Assembly: GCF_004010195.1 (NCBI RefSeq) | Contig: NC_057719.1 | Location: 23,899,629-23,963,628, forward strand | Source: Chiloscyllium plagiosum | Lineage: Eukaryota | DNA length: 64,000 nucleotides | Direction of reading: 5' to 3' | Shown here: piece by piece, positions 27,483-39,834 of the stretch | Numbering within the stretch: the first letter of the stretch is position 1 | Layout: the number at the start of each line of letters is the position of its first letter | Notes under the pieces: generated by a model | Database searches by the model: none | What the model was told of the DNA's origin: nothing | Seen by the model: the letters and a program-made list of their open reading frames with translations, nothing else | Made by a program: the position numbers and the translations under genes

Positions 27483-27702
27483 GTAAGTACAGCTTGCTTC
27501 ACTTTAGGTAAAAGGAACTTAAACTACAATCAGACATCAAGTAAGAAACTGTTTAATAAATGATTATGTCTTAGAAGCTAAGTTGACAATATTTAGAAGT
27601 CTTTAGAACTCATTAAGCTTACTAAGCGTAAAAAGCAACCTCATCAAGGTTGCACTTTCAAAGCACTGCAAAACAAGTTTGTTCTTTCCTTTGCAGGTTA
27701 AG

Positions 27703-28357
27703 ATGAGGAAGCTGATTCCTGTAGCTTTGTTGCTCACTGTGCTCTACAGTGGAAGAGCGATTTCTAGTGGAAAAATGACTGCAATGAAGGCTACAATTCA
27801 ACAAGCGCATTCTGGTTCAAGAACTAAAAACAATCTGTCTGCACTCAAACTTTCAGCTGCAAATACAGATTTTGCCTTGCGTCTCTACAGACAGATTGCC
27901 TCACAGCCAAGCTCAACTTCCAAGAATATTTTCTTCTCTCCTATAAGCATCTCCTCCAGCCTGGCCATGTTGTCACTGGGTGCAAAACATAACACTCTGA
28001 ATCAGCTACTGCGTGTTCTTGGGTACTCCAATATGTCAAAGAATGATGCAGCCGAGGTGCATGCAACATTCAGATACCTCCTGCAGGAGTTAACCAGTGA
28101 AAACAGTGAGCTGCATATGATGATGGGGAGCTCTCTCCACATCCAGCAGGGACTAAGTCTTCAAAAGAAATTCCTTGACGATACAAGGCAATTTTATAAG
28201 GCAGAGACAGTCAGTACTGATTTCAGAGTGTTAGACAAAGCAAAAAGAAAGATCAACGCTTATGTGAGAAAACAAACAAATGGCAAAATCCAAGAATTCA
28301 TTAAAACGCTTAATCGGAACACTGTAATGGTACTTATTAATTATATCTTGTTCAAAG
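27703..28357 (+). CDS. Alpha-1-antitrypsin-like clade A serpin, coding exon 1
   Basis: Signal peptide MRKLIPVALLLTVLYSGRAIS; serpin motifs NTDFALRLYRQ, NIFFSPISISSSLAMLSLGA, INAYVRKQTNGKI and LINYILFKG; phase-1 donor AAAG|GTAAGA. Confidence 0.96.
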
Positions 28358-31300
28358 GTAAGAAGTTTCTTTAATGCTATATCATGTTTACATATTTGTA
28401 AATAGAAGTGTCGCTTTCTGATTTCAGGAAGGAACATACCTTTAATTTGTTTTGAACTTGTCTTTACTGGGTTGAAGTATTCTCATTGTTCTAGACATTG
28501 AAGACTACTAGTGCAGTGAATTAATGAAGTAAGTTGTATTGGTAAGGAATTAGTCTTTGGTCTAGTTAAACTAGTCAAACCTGAGAACAATATTTTTTTT
28601 TCCATCCAAGCTATCTTATGAACTTTAGTGCAACAACTTATGGTTAATAAATTAACTTAGATTAGTTAATGACTGACAGGTTTGATATTTTTTGATCAAT
28701 TATATCTATAAAATAGTTGAGATATGTGGATGGATGTGTAAGCTAGAATTTTTAAAAATTGTTTTATATTAAAATCTGCTTTCAAGATTTTCAGTGTTTA
28801 TGACAAGCCACTTATTTAGAAAAAAAGAACTTGATTCCAAACAATGACCTCAGATCAGAAAGTTATATTTTTGCTCTAGCCAATTCCAAAGGAGCCCAAT
28901 TGGAAAGAGGAAGTCGCTGTGTTGGGTAAGCAATGGGACCAGGCATCTTGACGGAAGGACTACAGACCAACCAACTGGGGAGGGGAGTGGTTGGAAGTTG
29001 AGGTTTCTGTGGATAAAAAGGGAATGCTGCTCACCTTCAAGGTTAGTTCATAAAGATCAATGGAGGAAACATATCTACTTTAGAAAGAAAATCAGCCTTG
29101 GCTTTGAAATTTGGTCAAGTTTCTAAATAAATCATTTGGCAAAAAGTGAAAGTTTATTTTGGCAGCTAGAAGTGCCAAGGTGGAACAAAGTTATTATTCA
29201 GCTGAATACAACAAGAAGGGCCAGGTTTTACAGTACTAACCCTCCCCCCACCCCCAACACTACTGACATGTTTCAAGATGGAGCTCATGGGTAGAAGGAG
29301 GGGCTCATATTGCAGCGAGTGACCACTTGACAGTCTTATTTAATCTCCATCTCTATTTTATCCCAGCTGGGGGCAGTCATGTGAAGGGAGTGGTCCAGCA
29401 GATTTTATTCCACAGGTGGATGACAGATAAGATAGTGGGAACCTCCTTTTGGAATCCTCTCTGTCCATTTAAGGCACACCACAAAGTGCTCCTCTTCTCA
29501 TCCCCTCCATTTCCCCATGACCATACCTCCGTTCCCTAAATCCTCAAATTTAGCCAATCGTTGGAGTCTGCCAACCTGATTCCACAGTTTCCCCAGATTT
29601 ACCTTAAGTCCAGGCTCTGTAACTTCCTCTTCTTTGGAGACCAACAGCCAAATTCCTAGCAATGGCCACTAGCACCTGTATCTGGTGCTGCCAGAACTAC
29701 AGAGCTGGCAGCCAATCAGATTGGCAAGTTACTGTCTAAGGCAGGGCTTCCTTCCCAGATGCAAGGTTCAAGTCTCACCCTGAGCTAGTTAACACTGTCT
29801 GTCCCGTGCATAAAATGGCTATTGATAATTAGCTCCCAAATAACTTGGCTTCAGGGCATATAGCTCCCCATGAAATCCACACTAGCACTGTGATGTAGAT
29901 TGCTTTAAGTGTCTGTATATTTGCTCACCCAACAATTCTATAGCAAATTATTTTGTCGATTTACATCCAACTACATCTTATGAAAGAGTTCTTTTCAGCA
30001 GATAGGTAAAACACAAAGGTGTATATGTGAAGGGACCATGATATCCAATTCTTATAACACTGTTCAATCCTAAGTTAAACTTAAGTACAACTACTTATTG
30101 GCTTCCAAAAGCAAATTCCTAGTTTTGATGGGTGCAGATTCATCTGCTGGCAAGATTGGTGTCAAAACCTCATAAGAATATTCAAGTCAAACGACATTTT
30201 TATCAACGACATCCTCATTTAAAAATATCAAACTTTTGTAATTACTTTTCATTTCACATTTTATTAACCGATGCATGTTATATCAGAACTTCATTCCTAC
30301 TATCTTTAAAATTATCGAAGGTGTAGATCTCCAGGTGAAATTCTAGTGTTTGGATATTATTGCTCATAATTTGCAATGTGAGTTAACTTAGTTTTTAGAA
30401 TTTCTACAGCACAAATCTGTGTGTCATTCAGCGGCGCAACTTCACATAAAAAGTCAGAGAATGAAGCTTTTGGGAAGTGAAATTCTTGTTCACTTCAAAA
30501 TACTGGTGAAATAAAACATTTTCAATCTTAAATGTTGAGAGCTGGAAAGAGAAACATGTTTCCAGAGCATTTCTTATCTTGGAGTTCTGAGGACACATGC
30601 AAGAATACCAAATTTCAAATGATCACAGCAATTTATGAATAGTTCTGATTGACATGACAACACTAATTAGTCAAGACTTTGCCTCAGAGAATAGAGAAAT
30701 ATGTTCACATCCAAGCTCCTCAATAATTTAAACAAGGTGCAAGGCTTGATCATGTTCCTTTTGTTAATGGAAGGGGTGCATGTCTATGAATGTGTGAATG
30801 ATCCAAGTTATGAGCTTGATCAATTATCTGAAATTAGTCGCCACTTTATCCATTGGCATTATTCAGCAGATGTTGCCCAATTGTAGCATCATTTTTAACA
30901 GGAGATTTATGTTTGGATTTTGCAGACTGTCTGAGTACAGTCTGTACCCTACCAATTACAAATAACTAAAGGAACATTGTGTTTAATTTGTCAGCTAAAT
31001 ATGGAAAAATAAGGCTTCTGTTATTGGCATCATATCAGATCAGAAATTTGTACATGAGGTTGCTCAATTGTCTTGTTGGCAAAATGTCATTTTAGACTGA
31101 TGGCACCATCCTTTTAGTGGAAAATCACACTCACGTAGCAACTGCATAATAACAGTGAGAAGTGGCTTGCTTATCTTGTATTTTGAAGGCATCTTGCCTC
31201 TCCAGGGTAATTTTAGGAAGACCAGAAACTTTTCAAGTCTGAAAGTCTTCGCCCATGAGTTTGCAAAATACACTATGAGTAATGATCTGATTAAGATAGC

Positions 31301-31664
31301 TAATATCCTGTAGGATAGGTTCAATGCATTCTCTTTCGGTATCAGACTTGCAAGGTGATCAAATAATTAGGACCCAAAGGATGAGTGGAAGTAAGTAACA
31401 GAGAGGCACATTGAGTGAATTTGGGAGCAGGATGAAGCATATTGGAGTGTGAATGGGAAGCTATACTTGTGGCTGCAAAACCAAAAATCATTACATCATC
31501 TAAATATCTGAAATATGCTTGGGATAAGACTTTAGCACATGCTTCACCAAATATATGTGTTCACATGGAAACTATCAAAAATATCAGTAAGGCTGGAACT
31601 TGAGGAAATTTCAATACACCATCAATTTGGCATCCATCATTGATACGGAACTTGACTGCATAAG

Positions 31665-31797
31665 TTTCTGATGAAGGGCTTTTGCCTGAAACATCGATTT
31701 TGCTGCTCCTCGGATGCTGCCTGAACTGCTGTGCTTTTCCAGCACCATTCTAATCTAGACTCTGGTTTCCAGCATCTGCAGTCATTGTTTTTACCTG
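31665..31797 (+). mobile_element. Penelope pLTR fragment with degenerate hammerhead
   Basis: CTGATGA-A-GGGC-TTTT-GCCT-GAAA-CATC followed by the pLTR tail ggatgctgcctgaactgctgtgcttttccagc. Confidence 0.8.
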
Positions 31798-31961
31798 CAT
31801 AAATTAAATGAAAACAAATGCAATTTATCTGCATTTCCATAAAAAAAAATGGTTCTGGTGCAAATGTCAATGGTCTCCTGCAGATATACATGCCTGAATA
31901 AGCTCACAAACTGACCAAAAACATTGACAAGACATTGCTATCAATATGTAGCTTGCATTTA

Positions 31962-33950
31962 GTCATGGAGTCATAGAGATGTACAGCATGGAAACAAACC
32001 CTTCGGTCCAACTCGTCCATGCCGAACAGATATCATAAACTAATCTAGTTCCATTTTCCAGCACTTGACTCATATCCCTCTAAACCCTTTGAAATCATAT
32101 ACCCATCCAGATGCCTTTTAAATGTTGTAATTGTACCAGCCTCCACCACTTCCTCTGGCTGCTCATTTCATACACGCACCACCTTCTGCGTGAAAAAGTT
32201 GTCCCTTAGTTCCCTTTTAAATCTTTCCCCTCTCACCCTTAAACCTGTGCCCTCTAGCTCTGAACTCCCTCACCCCAGGGAAAAGACCTTGTCAATTTAT
32301 CCTATCCATGCCCCTCATGATTTTATAAACCTCTATAAGGTCATCCCTCAGCCTCCAACGCCCCAGGGAAACCGCCTCAGCCTATTCAGCCTCTCGCTGT
32401 AGCTCAAATGCTCCAAACCTGGCAACATCCTTGTAAATCTTTTCTGAACCATTTCAAGTTTCACAGCATCCTCCCGATAAAAGGGACAACAGAATTGCAC
32501 ACATATTCCAAAAGTTACCTAATCAATGTCCTGTACAGCCACAACATGATTTCCCAACTCCTATAGTCAATGCTCTGATCAATAAGGAAAGCATATCAAA
32601 CACTACCTTCACTATCCTATCTACCTGCAATTCCACTTTCAAGGAACTATGAACCTGCACTCCAAGGTTCCCAGCTCCTTACCATTAAATGAATCAGTCC
32701 TGCTCTGATTTGCCTTTCCAAAATGCAGCACCTCACATTTATCTAAAGTAAACTCCATCAGCCACTCCTCAGCCCATTGGCCCATCTGATCAAGATCCCA
32801 ATGTACACTGAGATAACCCTCTTCGCTGTCCAGTACACCTCCAGTTTTGGTGGTGTCTGCAAACTTAGTAACTACACCTCCAATGTTCACAACCACATCA
32901 TTTATATAAATGATGAAAAGCAGTGGACTCAGCACCGATTGTTGTGGCACACCACTGGTCACAGGCCTCCAGTCTGAAAGGCAACCGTCCACCACTACCC
33001 TCTATCTTCTACCTTTGAGCCAATTCTCTGTCCAACTGGCTAGTACTCCATGTGATCTAACCTTGCTAACCAGTCTACCATGAGAAACCTTGTTGAATGC
33101 CTTACTGAAGTCCATATAGATCATATCCACCGTTCTGGCCTCATTAATCCTCTTTGCTACTTCAAAAATCATTAGTGAAACATGATTTCCCATGCACAAA
33201 GCCATGTTGACGATCCCTTATCTATTCATGCTTTTCCAAATGCATGTAAATCCTGACCCTCAGGATTCCTTCCAACAACTTGCCCACCACTGATATCTGG
33301 CTCACTGGTCTATTCCTTACCACCTTTTCCTGGCTTTTCCGTACCACCTTGCTTAAATAGTGGCACCACATTATCCAATCTCTAGTCTTCCCGCACCACA
33401 CCTGTGACTACCAATGATCAAAATATCTCAGCAAGGGGCTCAGCAATCACTTTCCAAGGTCCCACAGGGTTGTAGGTCAGGTCTTGGAGATTGTTTCACC
33501 TTCATGCATTTTAAGACATCCAGCACCACCTCCTCTGTAATTATGGATATTTTTGAAGATGTCATCATTTATTTCCCCACATTCTATGTCTTCCAAGTGC
33601 TTTTCCATAGTAAACACTGATGAAAAATACTCGTTTAGTATCTTCCCCATCTCCTGTGATTCCACACATATGCTGCCTTGTTGATCTTTGAGGGACCCTA
33701 TTCTCTCTCGTTACCCTCTTGTCCTTAATGTATTTGTAGAGTCCCTTTGGATTCTACTTAACCCTATTTGTCAAAACAATTGCATGTCCCCTTTTTGCCA
33801 TCCTGATTTCCCTCCTAAGTATACTCCTACTGCCTTTATATTCTTCTAAGGATTCACTTGATTTCTGCAGTGTATACGTGACGTATGCTTCCTTCTTTTT
33901 CTTAACCAAAACCTTAATTTCTCTTGTCACCTAGCATTCCCTACACCTTC
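31962..33950 (-). mobile_element. CR1 LINE, 5'-truncated, in serpin intron
   Basis: RT motifs DFSKAFNKVSH and GVPQQSVLSPLLF; (catagagt)-type tail at 31962. Confidence 0.92.
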
Positions 33951-34139
33951 ATGAAAGTGAAGGAATCTTTCACTGTGTATATGGGAAACTCATAAAGAAC
34001 AGGCTTGGTAATTCACTTGACCTTTAAACCAATTCATGTTTTGCAGGGTCATTGATAAAATAACATGCAGTGAAACATCACTTTTCTTTGATTCACCTTC
34101 CAACTTACCTTTCCAGTTTTGTTCTCCTGAATTGTTCTT

Positions 34140-34700
34140 AAAGAGATGGTGTTAGGAAACGAGTTCCAAGATTTGTATCTTGTAACAGTGAAGGAACAGT
34201 ATTATAGTTCCAGGTCAGGATGATGTGCACCTAGGAGTGAAATTTGCATATGGTGGTGTTCCCATGCACTTGCTGACCTAGTCGTTTGAGTTGTAGAGGT
34301 CATATTTTTGAAAATGCATTTGAAGGGGGCTTCATGAATTGCTGCACTACAACATGTAGATAGCATCATTTTGTGTCAGTGGTGGACGGAGGGAGTGTTT
34401 GATGTGGTGGATGGAGAATCAGATGGTGTCGAGGTTTTGAATGTTGTTGAAGCTGCATTCCCCCAGAGATCCCATCAAACTCTTGACTTGAGCCTCATCG
34501 ATAATGGACAGTTTTTGGTTTCTCAAGCAAATTATTTGGTGCAGTTCTTGTACCCACAGTAATTATAAACTTGGTCCAGTTAAATTTCTGAACAATGGTA
34601 ACTCCCAGGATATGGATATTGGGAATTCTGTTGTAACAATGCTGTTCAGTGTCAAAGGGAGATGGCTAGATTCTCTTTTGTTAAAGATAACCATTTCCTG
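34140..34700 (-). mobile_element. Old CR1/L2-group LINE fragment
   Basis: Reverse complement resembles 55030-55620. Confidence 0.65.
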
Positions 34701-35809
34701 TTATCATTTCAAACAGTCTGAGGTCATATACAGCACAGATGACAGGAGAGCAAAGCACTTTTCATTCTGTCTCAAAAAGACCCTGCCTTCATCCCTCCAG
34801 CATCAATACAAATTTTCTACTTCACTCACTAGTCATTTTGTTGCCCTTCTGTGTATGATCCTAATAGTAATGCTCTTTAATGATTAAATTTGGAATAGTT
34901 AATGCTGATTACTCATATTTATTAATAGAGTTGCTACTGGCCACATTAATTTCATTTCTAGAGAACAGTAAAGCAGGCCTTTCATCTCACCAGTTTGAGC
35001 TGGATTCCAGCCAAGGTCCCACTGGTAAAAGGATGTTGCAATCCATTGTTTCTTTTTCTACTTCTTCTGTTTCTTTTATTTATCTCCTTCTGTAGATTTT
35101 GCAATTATATTTTTTTTCATAGTAAATACTGATGACAACTAAATAGAATTGAATGATATAATAATTGAGGAACTGTTCACAATGCTGGGGATGTTGAAAC
35201 TTGGCAAGTATCCAGGATACTTTGTCAAAAAGATGTCTTCACTCTTGCCCATGGTAATGCTGACAGAAGGACTTCATACTGCTAGTTTCTCAGATTTCTT
35301 CAATTAGCATTACATAAACTGAAAACATAAGGATACTTGACTTAAATTATAGATCACGTCAATAAAGCACAAGCATTTAATTTGGAGTGAATTCACTCCA
35401 TTCAGAAGCAAAAGAGGCATAATAATACTGTTCTTTTGACCCCAACTCAACACTGATCTCAGCTGAATGACAGTTAACACATTTCACTTCAACTTCTTCA
35501 TTGCTTTCTCCATGGCACCATGTCAGCCAATCAGAATTGACGCCAACCAATCAGCACCTTTGTCTCCTGTAGAATAATTTGTTATGATCATTTGAAGTTG
35601 GCACAAATTTGTCCTGATTAGTGCAAGGCTCATTCGCTCAACCTTTTACAATTTATGCGGTGACTTGGAACCTATAGATGTTCAATTAGTGCTCTTGTCG
35701 TGCAGTGGTAGTGTCCTTACCTCTGAACCTAGGTTCAAGTCCCACCTACTCAAGTGGTCTGTAATAATATGTCTGAACAGGTTGATTAGAAAATATCTAG
35801 AAATTATTT

Positions 35810-37110
35810 GGGTGAAGGTATGGTTGCTAAACTTGTTATCACACAAAGGTAGGTTAAAATGTAAAATGTAAATTGAGGCGGCAAATGGATATTGTTTATA
35901 ATTAGTGAGTACGCAAAGAGATGTCAAATGGAGGGATATGTGAATTATCCATTTGACAGGAATAATAAAAAAGAAACGTTATCTAAATAATGAGTTATTG
36001 CAGAGTTCTGAGAAGCAGAGGGTATCGGGTGACCTAGTGCCTGAATTGAAAAAAGTTAGCACGGGCAGTTGCCAGATTGTGAACAGGATGCCTTCTGGAG
36101 TTTGTTTGCAGGTTGATCAGTAAATATTCAGAGCACAATGCAGGGCAATGGAAAGCAATGTACATAAGTGCAGAAAACGTTCATATATAAGATCTTTAAA
36201 ATTACAGCCATGTATATGATCACATTCATAAATTTGACATTTAATCTGAGACTCCCTATATACATGCTCAGAAAGTAATTAGGAAAGCCAATGGAATTTT
36301 ATTGTTTATTCGGAGGAGTATTTAATTCAAAAATAGAGTGGTTATGCTTCAGTTGTACAGAGCCTTGCTGAGACCACATCTGGAGTATTGTACATAGTGC
36401 TGGTAACCCTTTGTAAGGAAAGATGTCAATATGTCAGTAGCAGTTCATACAACCGGCTGGAAATGGCCAGCTGTTTAAAGGGGAAAGACTGAATAGGCTA
36501 GGCTTGTATTCGCTGGAATTAAGAAGTGACTTGGTTGAAATATATGAGATCCTAAGGGAGCTTGATAAGGTTCAATATGGAAAGGATATTCCCTCTTGTG
36601 GGAGAAACTGCTAAGAGGATTAATCATTGGGGAAAAAAAGGGGGTCATTTGTTTATGACAGATGAATTTTTTTTTCTCCTTAAGCAAATAAATCTTTGGA
36701 ATTCTTTTCTTCAAAAGATAGTGGAGGTCTTCGAATATTCTTAAGGCATAGGTGAATAGATTCTTTCTAAGCAAGTGGGTGAAAGGTTATCAGGGTAGGT
36801 GAGATTATAGATTTGAGGTGACAATCAAAAGTTAAAAAATCACACAACACTAGGTTATAGTCCAACAGGTTTAATTGGAAGCACTAGCTTTCGGAGCGCC
36901 TGATGAAGGAGTGGTGCTCTGAAAGCTAGTGCTTCCAATTAGACCTGTTGGAGTATAACTTGGTGTTGTGTGATTTTTAACTTTGTACACCCCAGTCCAA
37001 CACCGGCATCTCCAAATCAGAGGTGATAATCAGATCAACTACGACCTTATTAAAATACAGAACTGGCTTGAAAGAAGCCAAATGACCTGCTCCTGCTCAT
37101 CACTTGGATG
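35810..37110 (+). mobile_element. Old CR1 3' fragment interrupted at 36828-37019
   Basis: ttgctgagaccacatctggagtattgt (LRPHLEYC) and a decayed 3' UTR. Confidence 0.7.
36828..37019 (+). mobile_element. Palindromic Penelope-derived mini-element carrying a hammerhead motif
   Basis: TSD gaggtgacaatca / gaggtgataatca (36815-36827 / 37020-37032); ~68-bp inverted arms; CTGATGA..GAAA core at 36900-36928. Confidence 0.85.
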
Positions 37111-37284
37111 ATAATACATTCTCATAATATTTATCTCTTTTTAACAATGCTGACTCTAGCTGGCTCTTATACTGGTAATGTGTGAACCAAACCATTTCAG
37201 TTTGGAGAAATGTATTTGTGCTGTTCATATACCGCTGGCCTTCTGTACTTGTGTGACCTCTAGCTCTGCTGTATTCAGTATGTG

Positions 37285-39436
37285 AATGTACCTACTAGAA
37301 AAGGTGCAAAACTTGACCAACTCTTGGGAAATAAGGCAGGGCGGGTGACTGAGGTGTCAATGGGGGAACACTTTGGGACCACTGACCATGATTCCATTAG
37401 TTTTAAAAAAGTGATGGAAAAGGATAGACTGGATCTAAAAGTTGAAGTCTAAATTAGAGGATGGCTAATTTTGACGTTATTACGCACATGTTCGCAGGTA
37501 AAGGGACGGCTAGAAAATTGGAAGCCTTCAGAAATGAGATAACGAGTGTCCAGAGACAACGGTAGGGTGAAAGGAAAGGATGGCAGGTGTAGGGAATGCT
37601 GGATGTCTAGAAAGATCGAGGGTTTGGTTCAGAAAAAGAAGGAAGCATATGTCAGGTACAGACGGGAGAGATCAAGTGAATCCTTAGAAGAGTATAAAGG
37701 CAGTAGGAGTATACTTAAGAGGGAAATCAGGAGGACAAAAAGGAGTCATGGGATAGTTTTGGCAAATAGGGTTAAAGAGAATCCAAAGGGTTCTTACAAA
37801 TACATTAAGAACAAAAGGGTAACTAGGGAGAGAATAGGGCCCCTCAAAGATCAGCAAAGCAGCCTTTGTGTAGATAAATCCCCAGGACCTGATCAGGTGT
37901 ACCCTAGAATTCTATGGGAAGCTAGGGAAGTGATTGCTGGGCCCCTTGCTGAAATATTTCTATCATCGATAGTCACAGATGGGGTGCCAGAAGACTGGAA
38001 GTTGACTAATGTGATGCTTCTATTTAAGAAAGGTGGTAAGGTCAAGCCAAGGAACTATAGACCGGTGAGCTTAAAGTCGGTGATGGGCAAGTTGTTGGAG
38101 GGAATCCTGAGGGACAGGATTTACATATATTTGGAAAGGCAAGGACTGCTTAGGGAGAGTCAGCGTGGCTTTGTGTGTGGGAAATTATGTCTCATGAACT
38201 TGATTGAGTTTTTTGAAGAAGTAACAAAGAGGATTGATGAGGCAGAACGGTGGATGGGATCTATGTGGACGTCAGGAAGGCATTCAACAAGGTTCCCCAG
38301 GGAGACTGTTAGGAAGGTTAGATCTCATGGAATACAGGGAGAACTGGCCATTTGGATATACAACTGGCTTCAAGGAAGAAGACAGAGGATGGTGGTAGAG
38401 GTTGCTTTTCAGACTAGAGGCCTGTGACCAGTGGAATGGCACAACAATCAGTGCTGGGTCCTCTACTTTTCATCATTTATGTAAATGATTTGGTTGTGAA
38501 CATAGGAGGTATGGTTAATAAGTTTGCAAATGACACCAAAATTGACGCTGTAGTGGACAGCAAAGAAAGTTAACTCAGATTACAATGGGATCTTGATCAG
38601 ATGGGCAAATGGGCTGAGGAGTAGCAGATGGAGTTTAATTTAGATAAATGCGAGGTACTGCATTTGGAAAAGCAAATCAGAGCAGGACCTACACACTTGA
38701 TGGTAAGGTCCTCAGGAGTGTTGCTGAACAAAGAGACCTTGGAGTGCAGGTTCATAACTCCTTGAATGTAGAGTCACAGGTAAATAGGATAGTGATCAAG
38801 GTGTTTGGTATGCTTTCCTTTATTGGTCAGAGTACTGAGTGTAGGAGTTTGGAGGTCACATTGTGGCTGTACAAGATATTGTTTAGGCCATTTTTGAAAT
38901 TTGCGTGCAATTTTAGTCCCCTTCCTATTGGAAGGATGTTGTGAAACTTGAAAGGGTTCAGAAAATATTTACAAGGATGTTGTCAGGGTGTAATAGGCAG
39001 AGGCTGAATAGGCTGGGGCTGTTTTCCCTGGAGCGTCGGAGGCTGAGTGGTGACCTTATAGAGGTTTATAAAATCATGAGGGGCATGGATAGGGTAAATA
39101 GACAAAATCTTTTCCCTGGGGTGGGGGAATCCAGAACTAGAGGACATAGTTTTAGGGTGAGAGGGGAAAGATACAAAAGAGGCCAAAGGAGCAACATTTT
39201 CACACAGAGGGTGGTATGCGTATGGAATGCGCTGCCAGAGGAAGTGGTGGAGGCTGGTACAATTGCAACATTTCAAAGGCTTCTGGATGGATATATGAAT
39301 TGGAAGCGTTTAGAGGGATATGGGCCAAGTGCTGGCAAATAGGACTAAATTAGGTTGGGATATCTGGTCAGCATGGATGGGTTGGACCAAAAGGTCTATT
39401 TCCATGCTATACAGCTTTGTGACTCTATGACTCTAT
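37285..39436 (+). mobile_element. CR1 LINE, 5'-truncated, in serpin intron
   Basis: 293-aa ORF with KSPGPDQVYPRILWEARE, NYRPVSL and LIEFFEEV; (gactctat)n tail. Confidence 0.95.
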
Positions 39437-39609
39437 GGCATCACATTTGGCAGTACATTGCAAGTAAAAAGGCTGAGTTAACTTTTCCACGACTACCCTG
39501 GGTATAATGTCCTTAGAGAAATAGCTTCTGGTAATCAAGGTATCATATCAAGATATGTACTGATGTCCTGCATTTACTTTTTTGACAGTGGTCCTACACA
39601 ATCACCTAA

Positions 39610-39829
39610 TACAAGTCGTTCTGCTATAGCACTTGTTTTGTTAACACAAATTTGCTATTGTGATTAACAAATTGAGGGCGCTGTTTCTATAGCACAAATT
39701 TTTGAAGAGTGTATTGGTTATAATGCGATTCTGGCCCCATTAGTTAAATGGTGCTGCTATTGTGTGATTTTCTTATAATGTGGGATTGCATGAGAACGGA
39801 ACTATTGCATTATAGCAGAACTGACTGCA
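39610..39829. mobile_element. Tigger/pogo-like MITE
   Basis: Imperfect TIRs TAcaagtcgttctgctatag ... tatagcagaactgactgCA, with internal tgctat repeats. Confidence 0.6.
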
Positions 39830-39834
39830 GCTGA

